Shown: in pieces, positions 10,580 through 20,591 of the stretch
Layout: every line of letters starts with the position of its first letter
Position numbering within the stretch: position 1 is the stretch's first letter
Assembly: GCA_963674735.2 (NCBI GenBank)
Contig: CAXXQS010000001.1
Location: 1,536,001 to 1,600,000 of the forward strand
DNA: 64,000 bases
Direction of reading: 5' to 3'
Source: Myxococcota bacterium
Lineage (GTDB): Bacteria; Myxococcota_A; SURF-8
The notes under the pieces: model-generated
The model's database searches: none
What the model was told of the DNA's origin: nothing
What the model saw: the letters and a program-made list of their open reading frames with translations, nothing else
Position numbers and translations under genes: made by a program

Positions 10580-11272
10580 TCACCGAGCATCATAACCTTC
10601 TCGCCTAAGACGTGCGAGAATTTTGCTTTTTACCGCCGTAGAAGTGAACGGACCGATCATCACCCGGTAAGACTCGTTATCGCCTTCAATCCGACAGGTC
10701 TTGTACCGTCCCCGCAAATAGTAATAGATGCGTTCAGCCTTCCAACGAGACGAATACTCTCCAATAACGATGTTGTCTCCGCCGACCGCTCCGTTATCGT
10801 CGATGATGCCGCCTCCGGCATAGCGGTTATCTCCGACCTGAAGCATCTCGATCCGTACCCGCGCCGTACCCTGCTTGTCGTAACCAAGTTCCCGAGCCGC
10901 CGCCATCGAACAGTCGAGAATCCGATTCTCCACAAAAGGACCGCGATCGTTGACCACCAGCGTCACCGAACGGCCGTTGCCGAGATTCGTCACCCGTATT
11001 TGTGAACCGAGCGGCATCGTTTTGTGGGCCGCCGATAGGGCATACATGTCGAACAGATCGCCATTCGCGGTTTTCTTGCCGTGGAACTGCTCCCCATACC
11101 AGGAGGCAATTCCTTCCTGCACCCGCCCGGCCGACCAACCGCCCGCATCGGAACGGGACGCACTCGGGGAAGCGGCGGCATGACCGTAGCGGCTCTGACC
11201 GGTTGCGCAGGCTGAACACAAGACCATCAAAACAACGAGAATGCCCACGCAGAACGTCCGTTTCAACACCAT
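10580..11272 (-). CDS. rlpA: Septal ring lytic transglycosylase RlpA family lipoprotein (DPBB + SPOR)
   Basis: Lipobox CSAC; GIASWYG..FHGKKTANG, AAHKTMP, VNDRGPF; C-terminal YRVMIGPF SPOR-like region. Confidence 0.92.
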   Translation of the reverse strand: MVLKRTFCVGILVVLMVLCSACATGQSRYGHAAASPSASRSDAGGWSAGRVQEGIASWYGEQFHGKKTANGDLFDMYALSAAHKTMPLGSQIRVTNLGNGRSVTLVVNDRGPFVENRILDCSMAAARELGYDKQGTARVRIEMLQVGDNRYAGGGIIDDNGAVGGDNIVIGEYSSRWKAERIYYYLRGRYKTCRIEGDNESYRVMIGPFTSTAVKSKILARLRREGYDAR

Positions 11273-11313
11273 TGTATCATGCCCTCCCCGGCTGCTCCTG
11301 CACCTCCGGCCGT

Positions 11314-12418
11314 CTAGGCTCGACGTAACAGAAATTCCCGAATGAATTCATGAATATCGCCGTCCAACACGGCGTCAACATTACTGGTTTCCACGTTCGT
11401 GCGATGGTCTTTGACCATGCGATAAGGCGCGAGAACATACGAACGGATTTGGCTGCCGAACGAGATGTCCCGCTTCTCGGCTTCCGTTTTTTCCGATTCC
11501 TTGCGCCGTTTCTGCATCTCGAACTCGTATAATTTCGATTTCAAGAGCTTCATGGCCGTGCTCTTGTTTTTGTGCTGAGAGCGCTCATTCTGACAGGCCA
11601 CCACGATGCCGGTTGGAAGGTGCGTCAGACGCACGGCCGAATCGGTGGTATTGACATGCTGTCCACCCGCGCCGGAACTGCGATACGTATCGATGCGCAG
11701 GTCTTTCTCGTCCACTTCGATATTGATCGAATCGTCGATTTCAGGGGTGATAAAGACCGAAGCGAAGGAAGTATGACGCCGTTTGTTCGAATCGAAGGGT
11801 GAAATACGCACCAGCCGGTGAACGCCCGCCTCGGCCTTCAAATACCCGTAGGCGTGTCGTCCTTCAACGGTAATGGTGGCGTTTTTGATTCCCGCTTCTT
11901 CGCCCGGCAGAAAATCGACCACATCGGTTTTATAATCGCGCTTCTCGGCGTAGTGCAGATACATGCGCAATAGCATATCAGCCCAATCCTGGGATTCCGT
12001 TCCACCCGCCCCCGAATTGATGGTGATAATGGCGTTTTTCGTGTCGCTCTCTCCGGAGAGCATGTGTTTCAATTCCTGGTTTTGTACATCTCGGGTGAGA
12101 CGCGCCAGATTTTGATCGAGTTCGTCGAACAGACTTTCGTCCGCTTCTTCTTCCGCAAGTTCGAGGATGGTATCCACCTCGTCCTTCAGATCGATGAGCG
12201 CCTCCATCTCGGCGATATCGCCTTCCAAGGGCTTCTTTTCTTGGTTAAGCTTACGACTCAAGTCGGGATCGGACCAGGCATCGGGGCTGGCAAGCTGCTC
12301 TTCAAGCTCTTTTAATCGTTTTCTTTTTCCCGGTAAGTCAAAGATGGTCTCCAAGCGTGGTAACCTTCTTCCGCAGTTCCGTGGCCATCTGCTTCATCTC
12401 ATACATGTCGGTTTTCAT
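11314..12418 (-). CDS. prfB: Peptide chain release factor 2, translated via +1 programmed frameshift
   Basis: SPF and GGQ motifs. ATG 12418 has a GAGGT RBS and reads 26 codons to CTT-TGA-C (12343-12337), then continues in the +1 frame as DLPGKR. Confidence 0.97.
12337..12352 (-). promoter_or_regulatory. prfB autoregulatory frameshift site (internal SD-like GGAG + CTTTGAC)
   Basis: Minus strand GGAGACCAT-CTTTGAC matches the canonical RF2 slippery site. Confidence 0.93.
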
Positions 12419-12617
12419 CGTTTTACCTCATTTCGACCAACTATTTGAGTGTCAGTCTAACGAAATTCGCGTGAAGCGCAACGAAAATCCGCCCCATCCT
12501 TTACTCCAACCACGTTCTTTCACAACGAAAGAATTTGACGCCACCCCTCTATCCATTTATCATCTTCGGGTTGCAGTCAGTATTCGACTTTGAAGGACCA
12601 CAAGACAGGTAACGATA

Positions 12618-13691
12618 ATGAAAGAGAAAATCGCCGCCATCATGTTCGCCGACGTGATGAATTCTTCCGAATACGCCAACGTGATGAGCACGGCCAATTA
12701 TCACAACTTCATCATCAAAAGTCTACAGTCGATCTGCACGGATGAAGCCGCCTACTTCGCGTCGCAACATCCCAGCAACTACAAGCCGTTACCTGAATTC
12801 TCAAGCCGCGACCAGATGCGGGAAGAGTTTACCTGTCAGTTTCGCACGGTCGGGGACGAAATCCGGGTCTTTCTTTACAGCGGCGATGAATGGGCCGATA
12901 CCAACAACCTGCTGGAAGTCGCCATTCGTTTGAAACTGCGCTGGCTCTTCAGCGAATTCAACAAAACGCGCATCAAGCAGAACAAACCACCCGAAGAATT
13001 GGCCATCGGGATTCACACCGGATCGGTGGTGGTCGAAGAAAACAAGCCGGAGGGATTCGCGCTCAACGTCGGCAAACGTATCGAGGGTGAATGTCGCAAC
13101 GGACGCGAGTGCCGCATCGTACTTCACGCTAACAGCGTCAATTACATTCAGAGCTACCAAAACCGCCCGGCGTCCAAGTTTTCCATCGCTCCGCAGTTTT
13201 CCGACGTGTGGACTTTCTCCGGCAAGGGTATCGCCCAGGAAATCCCCATCCGCGAAGTCAAGTATTTCACCTTCATGCAACAGGCCGAAGTGTTGCGTTT
13301 TCTGGGAGTGGAACCGACTTACTTCATCAAGCACCTCTTCGCCGCATCCAACACCACCCCTTATCCGCATTTCATCTACAGCACCATCCTATCGGCCCTT
13401 CAAAAACTCGGAATCGACGACTACACCTCCGACTACATCGAGACCATCTGCCGCAAGGTGTACCGTTACATGAACTATGGCGAGATATTGGACCTGATTA
13501 TCCAGGTTTACGAGTATCGCTATCGGGCGCACTACAAAAGCTTGAACACTAAAGAAAAAGTCACTTTTTTGGAGCAATTCTACCACTGGGCGAAAGAGGA
13601 CGAATTCCAGTACCGCTATCTGATGGAAGACATTGTTCGCGAACAAAACAAACTGGCTCAGAATTTCAAGCACTTGCCGACTAAACTATAG
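12618..13691 (+). CDS. Class III nucleotide cyclase-domain protein with unknown helical C-terminal domain
   Basis: IMFADVMNSS (first Asp), RTVGDE (second Asp), IGIHTGSV, GFALNVGKRIE (N..R). Confidence 0.75.
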   Translation: MKEKIAAIMFADVMNSSEYANVMSTANYHNFIIKSLQSICTDEAAYFASQHPSNYKPLPEFSSRDQMREEFTCQFRTVGDEIRVFLYSGDEWADTNNLLEVAIRLKLRWLFSEFNKTRIKQNKPPEELAIGIHTGSVVVEENKPEGFALNVGKRIEGECRNGRECRIVLHANSVNYIQSYQNRPASKFSIAPQFSDVWTFSGKGIAQEIPIREVKYFTFMQQAEVLRFLGVEPTYFIKHLFAASNTTPYPHFIYSTILSALQKLGIDDYTSDYIETICRKVYRYMNYGEILDLIIQVYEYRYRAHYKSLNTKEKVTFLEQFYHWAKEDEFQYRYLMEDIVREQNKLAQNFKHLPTKL

Positions 13692-13732
13692 GCGCATCGG
13701 CGCTGAGAGCTTATCCAACCAAGGGTCGCAGC

Positions 13733-14791
13733 TTGATGCAACAAGCCAAGACGGGGCGAATCTTGCGAGTTGATCGACGAAACATTCTCGGCTTACTCCT
13801 TATCGCTATTTTGCTTGTTGGTTCGAGCGGCGCTGCGGTTTTCGCGGCCACACCCAAGCCTCCCACCGTCCATTCCGACCCATCAAACCGAACGGGAACA
13901 GTTTGGCTACCGGCCGACGCTCAACGTCCCCACGCAGCGCAAAGGCTAGAAATGAGATGGAATAACGCGACATTAGCCATTCCCGAGCCCAGTCAGCGCA
14001 AGCAAATCCTTCAAGTGGCAAGAGAACTCCTGAAAATCATCGAAGCACCCACCGCCACCCAAGTCATCAAGGCGGCCCGTGCACTGATGGGAACCGGCTA
14101 TAGCCTGAGAGAATATCAAGGGCCGGAAGGGCATTGGCTGATTCTCGAACCTTTGGGCGATCGCAGAGGCGCGGGTTATTACGTGATCCGTAGCGGCAAA
14201 CTTCCCACCGAAATCGTTTTGCAAGCCCCCCATGCCATTTATGACGTCCATACGGATGTCATTACCATGGATTGCTTCCGTTCCAAACCCTTCCGAGCCG
14301 CCTTTTTTTCCGATTGGCAACGTTATGGTAAGAAAGGAGCCGAACCGATCGACGACAGTCCCTACGATTTGGCCCACAATCCCGACACCCTTTTCCAGCA
14401 ACTCACCGAATTGTGGCTGACAACACGTCCCAACACCGCTTTTGTCCAATTCCACGGATTCAACCCCAGTTCCGTACGCGAAAAGGGAGTGGACCTGATT
14501 GTCAGTCCCGGCACCCGCAAAGATCCTCCCCAAGCTTTCGAGCACCTGGTTGAACGCCTGACCTCCGCCTACCCCACCGGCCAGCTTCGCGTCTTTCCAA
14601 GCACCACCCATCTGCTTGGCGGCACCGGCAACGTACAGGGTAAATTCATTCGCAAAGCCGGAGGACTATTCGCTCATATCGAAATTTCGGAACCCATGCG
14701 TAACAGATTGAAAAAGTCCTCCGCCGCACGCCTGAAATTGGCCACTCCCATCATCGAAGCGCTCTGTCCCAACGCTCGACTACTTCCTTAA
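13733..14791 (+). CDS. Exported hypothetical protein, possible zinc hydrolase (PghP / N-formylglutamate amidohydrolase-like fold)
   Basis: Signal-like N-terminus; QAPHAIYD, DLAH, VQFHGF, NVQG, HIEIS...R pattern. Confidence 0.5.
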   Translation: MMQQAKTGRILRVDRRNILGLLLIAILLVGSSGAAVFAATPKPPTVHSDPSNRTGTVWLPADAQRPHAAQRLEMRWNNATLAIPEPSQRKQILQVARELLKIIEAPTATQVIKAARALMGTGYSLREYQGPEGHWLILEPLGDRRGAGYYVIRSGKLPTEIVLQAPHAIYDVHTDVITMDCFRSKPFRAAFFSDWQRYGKKGAEPIDDSPYDLAHNPDTLFQQLTELWLTTRPNTAFVQFHGFNPSSVREKGVDLIVSPGTRKDPPQAFEHLVERLTSAYPTGQLRVFPSTTHLLGGTGNVQGKFIRKAGGLFAHIEISEPMRNRLKKSSAARLKLATPIIEALCPNARLLP

Positions 14792-14896
14792 CCTACCGGA
14801 AACTGACAATTTTCATTTGATTCACGTTTTCGTCTAAGGTAAGCTGATACCATAGTGGTGCAATCATCCAATGCTTCCCTCGACGGAGATGCTGCA

Positions 14897-17443
14897 ATGC
14901 GTAAACGCTTGGCACTTTTCATGACGATGTTCCTGTTGGTACTATCCGCCTGTAGCGGCGGCGGCGATGCCGTCGGCGGCGACGAGTCCACGGACGGCGA
15001 CCTCGATGGGGGCTCCAATCCCGAAATCGATTCCTCCATCTGCCACCTCAACAGCGATTGCCCCGAGGACTTCTATTGCGACAACGGCGTCTGCCGCGAG
15101 GCCGATTGTTTCACTCACGACGATTGCGACGAAGGTTATCTATGCGATGATCATCTCTGCATCAAAGATCCGAACGCGAGTGACGGCGACCTGGAAGATC
15201 CTTTAACCGATGGCGATCTCGACGAATCCGCTCCCGATGGTGATCTCGACCCCGAACCGGAAATCGATTTGGAAGTCATTTGCGATCCGGACGACAAAAT
15301 GTGCCAGGCGGATTTGTTGTGGACCTGCAATGCCGAAGGCACCCAATGGGTGGAACCCGAAAACTGCCCGCCCAACACGGTCTGCATCGTGGACGCCTGC
15401 GTCGCCAGCGCCTGCGACCCCGACACCTACGGCCAATGCGTCAGCGAATTCACCATCTACCAGTGCAACAGCCAAGGCACCGGCTGGGAAGAAGTCCCCT
15501 GCCCCGCCAACAACTATTGCGAGGATGGCGCCTGTTTGCCCATCGAATGTGAACCCAATGCGGAAATCGAGTGCGTCGACACGGAAACCGTCAAGATCTG
15601 CACTGCGGAAGGAAACGATTGGATCACCGAAGCCTGCCCGGAAAACACCACCTGCTACGGCACCGGTTGTCTGGAAATCATCTGCGACGCCGGAGACTGG
15701 CGTTGCGAAGATAACGTCCTCTATTACTGCAACGCTCTCGGAGCCGCCTGGGATGAAATCATGGACTGCAGCGATGACGGCGCGATCTGCACCGAGGGAA
15801 GCTGCATGCCCGAAGTCTGCGAGGCCGGAGTCAAAGCCTGCGACGAAACCAACCCCAAGCTGGTCGAAATCTGTAACGAAACCGGCACAGCCTGGGTTGA
15901 AAGCGAAACCTGCGCAGGCACCGACGAATGCCGTGGGGGCGCATGCATGAGCCTATGCGAAATCGCCGCATTCGATAAAAGCTATGTCGGATGCGATTAC
16001 TGGCCGGTGGATCTGGACAACAGCGCCCGCGACGACGGCGGCGAATTCGCGTTGGTGGTGGCCAACCCGCAAAGCTTCTCCGTCGACGTTCGCGTGTCCG
16101 ACAGCGCTTCGCTTTTGCAAACCAAAACCATCGCCGCGGGCGGTCTCGATGTCTTCCAGTTGGGTTCCGGCCACCTGATCACCGGTCCCGGTAAAACCAG
16201 CGCCGCCTATCACGTCAACTCCGACGCACCGGTGACGGTCACCCAGATGAATCCCTACGGCAACGTGCTCATTTATTCGAACGACGCCTCCCTGCTCTTG
16301 CCCGAAGGGGCGCTTGGCACGGATTACATGGGGCTTACCTGGCCCACTCACCGCATGGAAGACTGCTACTGCGACTTCTGGCTGGTTACCTGCTTCAGTT
16401 GGACCTGCGACGGTCGTGATACTCCCGGATTTTTGGCCATCACCGCCACCCAGCCGGGATCGACCTCGGTATCGGTCACGTACAGCGGAGCCACGCAGGC
16501 CGGTGGCGGCGTGAATGCCGAGAGCGCCGGAACGACGCGCAGCTATACCCTGCAACAATTCGAGGTACTCAATCTGGAATCGGCCGGAACCAACTGCCCC
16601 AATGTGGATGAAGAAACCTATATCTACTGCGACGGTCCCGACCTCACCGGCAGCACCATCACCAGCGATAAACCGGTAGCCGTTTACGGAGGACATCGCT
16701 GCACGTTCATCCCCAAACACCAATGGGCCTGCGATCACCTCGAACACCAACTCTTCCCGGTGGAAACCTGGGGCAAGAATTTCATCGCCGTGCGCACCGA
16801 GCCGCGCCACCAGGAACAGGACTACTATAAAATCGTCGCCAGTGAAGACGGCACCGTCGTCACCTTGTCACCCGATCCCACCGGCCAGAGCCCGCATTCA
16901 CTCAACGCCGGACAGTCCTGGTTGTTCTCGACCATCAACGAATTTTCCATCACTTCCACCAAACCGGTAATGATGGCACATTTCCTGGCCGGTCAGGACG
17001 CCACCGGTTTATCCGTGGTGTTCGACGACTGCAACGGCAACGACGCCTACTGCGCTCAATACGGCAACTACGAATGCGTGTATAACGGCGGCTATTACTG
17101 TTCCCCCAAGGCGGGCGATCCGGCCATGATGCTGTTGGCCCCCAACGAACAATTCCGACGCCAATACATCTTTCTGATTCCGCCCAACTATGAATACGAT
17201 CACATCACGCTGATCGCCCCCCCCGACGCGACGATCACCCTGGACGGCACGACCACTTTGGATTCCAACACCTTCCCGTCCGTCACCTCCGAATATCGCC
17301 GGGCGCGCATGAGCCTGCCGGATGGTCAACATCTGCTCGTGTCCGACAAGCCGGTGGGTCTGTATGTTTACGGCTACTCTGCCTATGTCAGCTATGCATA
17401 CACGGGCGGTCTGGATTTAAAGGAGATCAATCCTAAACCCTGA
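14897..17443 (+). CDS. Cys-rich surface lipoprotein with IgGFc-binding N-terminal-type domain
   Basis: Lipobox LSAC, DGDL repeats, tandem Cys-rich modules; SNDASLLLP..ALG, CDHLEHQLFPVETWGK, GDPAM..P.EQF motifs. Confidence 0.85.
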   Translation: MRKRLALFMTMFLLVLSACSGGGDAVGGDESTDGDLDGGSNPEIDSSICHLNSDCPEDFYCDNGVCREADCFTHDDCDEGYLCDDHLCIKDPNASDGDLEDPLTDGDLDESAPDGDLDPEPEIDLEVICDPDDKMCQADLLWTCNAEGTQWVEPENCPPNTVCIVDACVASACDPDTYGQCVSEFTIYQCNSQGTGWEEVPCPANNYCEDGACLPIECEPNAEIECVDTETVKICTAEGNDWITEACPENTTCYGTGCLEIICDAGDWRCEDNVLYYCNALGAAWDEIMDCSDDGAICTEGSCMPEVCEAGVKACDETNPKLVEICNETGTAWVESETCAGTDECRGGACMSLCEIAAFDKSYVGCDYWPVDLDNSARDDGGEFALVVANPQSFSVDVRVSDSASLLQTKTIAAGGLDVFQLGSGHLITGPGKTSAAYHVNSDAPVTVTQMNPYGNVLIYSNDASLLLPEGALGTDYMGLTWPTHRMEDCYCDFWLVTCFSWTCDGRDTPGFLAITATQPGSTSVSVTYSGATQAGGGVNAESAGTTRSYTLQQFEVLNLESAGTNCPNVDEETYIYCDGPDLTGSTITSDKPVAVYGGHRCTFIPKHQWACDHLEHQLFPVETWGKNFIAVRTEPRHQEQDYYKIVASEDGTVVTLSPDPTGQSPHSLNAGQSWLFSTINEFSITSTKPVMMAHFLAGQDATGLSVVFDDCNGNDAYCAQYGNYECVYNGGYYCSPKAGDPAMMLLAPNEQFRRQYIFLIPPNYEYDHITLIAPPDATITLDGTTTLDSNTFPSVTSEYRRARMSLPDGQHLLVSDKPVGLYVYGYSAYVSYAYTGGLDLKEINPKP

Positions 17444-17560
17444 TCGTCATCAACATCCGGCTCCGTCGCGAGTGAAAAGACTTGGCATTTTCGAGGGGCT
17501 TCTGTACACTGGCTCCGTTCTGTGCAATGCGCCCTAATGAGAGTGGGAGGAATCTGTCAC

Positions 17561-18565
17561 GTGAGCGACTCCGAACGGCGAGACAACAGCAGCGAAACAC
17601 GCCGCTCCGGCGAGTTCGGCCCCATTATCCAACGCCATGTCAGCGGGAAAACCACCGGGCCCAACATCATTTCCATGATCAGCGGCAAAGGCGGCACGGG
17701 TCAGTCGATGATCTGCGCCAATATCGGCGTCTACCTCGCTCAAACGGGTAAACGAGTGTTGGTCGTGGACGCCAAACGCTGGGGTCAGAACCTGCACACG
17801 TTCCTCGGCCTTCCCGCTCCCAAGCTCACCCTGGATAGCCTGGCCGAAAAGCGCGTCGAGTCAATCGAGGAATTGCTGGTCGAAACACCGTTTCAAAAGC
17901 TCAAGCTGCTATGTGGGATGAAAGAAGCCCCGGCGCAAACCGCGTCGCTGTCTTGTCCGTTTCTCGTCGAGGAGGGCCGCAAACTCGCCTTCGATTTCAT
18001 CCTGCTCGATCTCGGTTCCACCTTGTCTTTCAATGTCCTCGACCATGCCATCTGGTCGGATAGCGCGATTCTCACGACCCTGCCCGAACCCACGGCCATC
18101 GAAAACACCTATGAACTGCTGCGTAGCTTATACTTCCGTCTGTTCAAAACGATGGAAGAAAGCCTCGGCATCCAGGAAATCGTTGAAAAGACGATCCTCA
18201 ACGGGCGCGAGTTGGGCATCCGCTCTCCGCGCGATCTGGTCGGGGCGGTCAAATTCTTCGATCCCGAAATGGGTGATCGGATGGCACATGAAGTCGGACG
18301 TTTCCACCTCAGCCTGCTGCTGAATAAAGTCCGCGCTTCCGGAGAATACGATCTGGGCGAAGGCATTGTCTCGGCCTGCCGCCGCTATTTCGGTTTCAAT
18401 GTCGCGTTTCTGGGCGCACTGGAGTACGATAGCGCCGCGCCCGCCTCGGTCAGACGACGCAGTCCGCTGCATACCGTGCAAAAGGATGCCAAAGTTACCG
18501 AACAGTTGGAGCGGGTTACCCACAAGTTGATGTCCATGAACATCAAAAGCAAACAGGACGATTAG
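17561..18565 (+). CDS. FlhG/MinD/ParA family protein with degenerate Walker A
   Basis: GTG start after GGAGG. SGKGGTGQS, NLHTFLG, DFILLDLG, PEPTAIENTY. Confidence 0.82.
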   Translation: MSDSERRDNSSETRRSGEFGPIIQRHVSGKTTGPNIISMISGKGGTGQSMICANIGVYLAQTGKRVLVVDAKRWGQNLHTFLGLPAPKLTLDSLAEKRVESIEELLVETPFQKLKLLCGMKEAPAQTASLSCPFLVEEGRKLAFDFILLDLGSTLSFNVLDHAIWSDSAILTTLPEPTAIENTYELLRSLYFRLFKTMEESLGIQEIVEKTILNGRELGIRSPRDLVGAVKFFDPEMGDRMAHEVGRFHLSLLLNKVRASGEYDLGEGIVSACRRYFGFNVAFLGALEYDSAAPASVRRRSPLHTVQKDAKVTEQLERVTHKLMSMNIKSKQDD

Positions 18566-18570
18566 GGGCC

Positions 18571-19281
18571 ATGAAGGAAATTCCGGGCAAGGCGTTCGCA
18601 CAAAATTTCTATGAGTTGCTCGAAATCAACGTCGGATCCGACGAAGAGGAGATTCGACGTGCCTACGAACGCATCCGGCAAATTTACTCGGTCGATTCTC
18701 TGGCCACCTACGGGCTCTATTCGGCGGAAGAGTTGCAAGAATTCATGGAACATGTCGAGCAGGCCTTCCGCATTCTGATCGACGCCGAAAACCGCCGGGA
18801 ATACGACAAAACGCTGATCGGGGAACCGGTCAAACGTAAAAAAGTGACATATTCCGTCAAACCCAAACGCGAAGAGACGCCCCCTGATAGCGCCCCGGCC
18901 AATTCCTCCGAAGAGTCTGCAGCCCCCGAGGGCACAGAGGATGCGGTTTCATCCGAAAATGGCGACAACCAGCCCGACGCGGATGGAGCAACGGGCCCGT
19001 CCTCCTTCCAGGTGTCCGAAGACGCCACCTTCACGGGTCTGCTTCTGCGTGAAATCCGCGAATCCATGGGCGTGGATCTGCGCGAAATTTCCGAAACCAC
19101 AAAGGTCAGCTTGACCAACCTGCGCATGCTGGAAGAAGAAGTATGGGAAAAGCTCCCGGCTCTGGTTTACGTCAAGGGAATCGTCGTGCAGTACGCCAAG
19201 TGTTTGAAACTCGATCCCAAACGCGTGCTCAGCGACATGATCGACCGTCACAACGCCGCCCGCGACCTGACCAAGCTCTGA
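18571..19281 (+). CDS. DnaJ-like domain fused to RodZ-type helix-turn-helix (HTH_25)
   Basis: NFYELLEI...EEIRRAY J-like start lacking HPD; C-terminal LREIRESMGVDL.EIS..TKV...LP..VYVKG...YA..L.LD. Confidence 0.8.
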   Translation: MKEIPGKAFAQNFYELLEINVGSDEEEIRRAYERIRQIYSVDSLATYGLYSAEELQEFMEHVEQAFRILIDAENRREYDKTLIGEPVKRKKVTYSVKPKREETPPDSAPANSSEESAAPEGTEDAVSSENGDNQPDADGATGPSSFQVSEDATFTGLLLREIRESMGVDLREISETTKVSLTNLRMLEEEVWEKLPALVYVKGIVVQYAKCLKLDPKRVLSDMIDRHNAARDLTKL

Positions 19282-19353
19282 TCCCAGGCGACTTCCAAAA
19301 CAAAACGTGAATGTTATCGGGTAACGACGCGCGAAAAGCGTCCGGCATGACGA

Positions 19354-19788
19354 TCAGGAAACCGGATCGTTGACATGCCCCAGTTGTCGGCGCAATCGCC
19401 AGGTGAGCACTTTGATGATGCCGATGGCGATATCGTTGCGATGATTGAGGATATCGTGAAAATCCTCCCGTTCGATCTTGAGGGCGCGCACGGTTTCGAG
19501 TGCGATGACGCTCGCGGAGCGCGGCTCCGAATCGAGGATCGCCATTTCTCCGACACACTGATTCGTGTTGAGTGTCGTGAGGTCTTTTCCACCGACCTGG
19601 ACGCTGACCGACCCTTCCACGATCAGATAGGCCGCCTCGCCGATATCGCCCTCGTAAATCAACGCCTCCCCGGCGGTGAACGCCACTTCACGGGTGATCC
19701 GGGCGATACGCGCCAGTTCCTCTCCCGGAATCCGAGTGAACAGATCGATTTGTTTGAGCAGCAGAACTTTTTCAACCGTCGATAGCAT
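19354..19788 (-). CDS. Stand-alone cyclic nucleotide-binding domain protein
   Basis: EGDIG..AYLIVEGSV and VGEMAILDSEPRSASV phosphate-binding cassette. Confidence 0.9.
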   Translation of the reverse strand: MLSTVEKVLLLKQIDLFTRIPGEELARIARITREVAFTAGEALIYEGDIGEAAYLIVEGSVSVQVGGKDLTTLNTNQCVGEMAILDSEPRSASVIALETVRALKIEREDFHDILNHRNDIAIGIIKVLTWRLRRQLGHVNDPVS

Positions 19789-19968
19789 ACCAACCTCGTT
19801 TTATTGGGTCTGCAAGAAACTACCAAATCGTGGCGTGCCAGACAAGAAAAACGTTGCGTCTCCAGCTCCTCCGTTAAAAGACCCCGTTGGGCTATGTTGA
19901 CAGACCCCCGGCGTTCTGGCAGACTCCTACCTCGGTTTTCCTGTTTGATCATGTGAGGATGCGAAACC

Positions 19969-20559
19969 ATGTCCACAGCGGATGCCCCGAAAACAAGTCC
20001 CCGACCCGCTTCCGATCGCTGTCCCGACTTTCGTGAAATTCTGCGCGAGTCCCACCCGGACGATCGCCTGATCGAACAGATCGTACACTGTTTCCACAAG
20101 CAGCTGGAAGGTTTCGCCCGTTACCAATGTAAAAACCGTGAAAATGCGGAAGACGCCCTGCAAGACGCCCTCTTGACCATGCTCGCCTCGATCGGTAGCT
20201 ACCGCAGCGACGGTCCGCTGGAAGCCTGGCTGAAAAAGCTGTTGGTGTCGTCCTGCTCACGCTTGCGGCGCGGACGTAAAAACAATCCCAACCTGCATCT
20301 CACCGTCGAAGACACCAAACTGGCCGACAACACCATTGATCAGGAGTCTCTGGCCATCCTATCCGACCAGACCCAACGCCTGAGCGCCCTGGTTGATCGG
20401 CTCGATGAACCCAACCGCAGCTTGCTTCTACGGCACGAAGGCGCGGACGTCTCCATCAAGCAACTGGCCCACGAATTCGACCTCAGCACCGAATCGGTGA
20501 AATCGCGTTTGAAACGCAGCCGCGCCAAGTTGCGCGAATGGTTGCTTGCCACTAGCTGA
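19969..20559 (+). CDS. ECF RNA polymerase sigma factor
   Basis: AEDALQDALL...AWL region 2 and SIKQLA....S.ESVKSRLKRSRAKLR region 4. Confidence 0.88.
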   Translation: MSTADAPKTSPRPASDRCPDFREILRESHPDDRLIEQIVHCFHKQLEGFARYQCKNRENAEDALQDALLTMLASIGSYRSDGPLEAWLKKLLVSSCSRLRRGRKNNPNLHLTVEDTKLADNTIDQESLAILSDQTQRLSALVDRLDEPNRSLLLRHEGADVSIKQLAHEFDLSTESVKSRLKRSRAKLREWLLATS

Positions 20560-20591
20560 CGAATCACTAAAAGCCCGAATAAATTGCGGTA

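Noticed and set aside
12618-13691. Pycsar anti-phage system
   Set aside because: No adjacent cNMP-binding TM or TIR effector; the cNMP protein is distant, on the opposite strand and lacks an effector domain.
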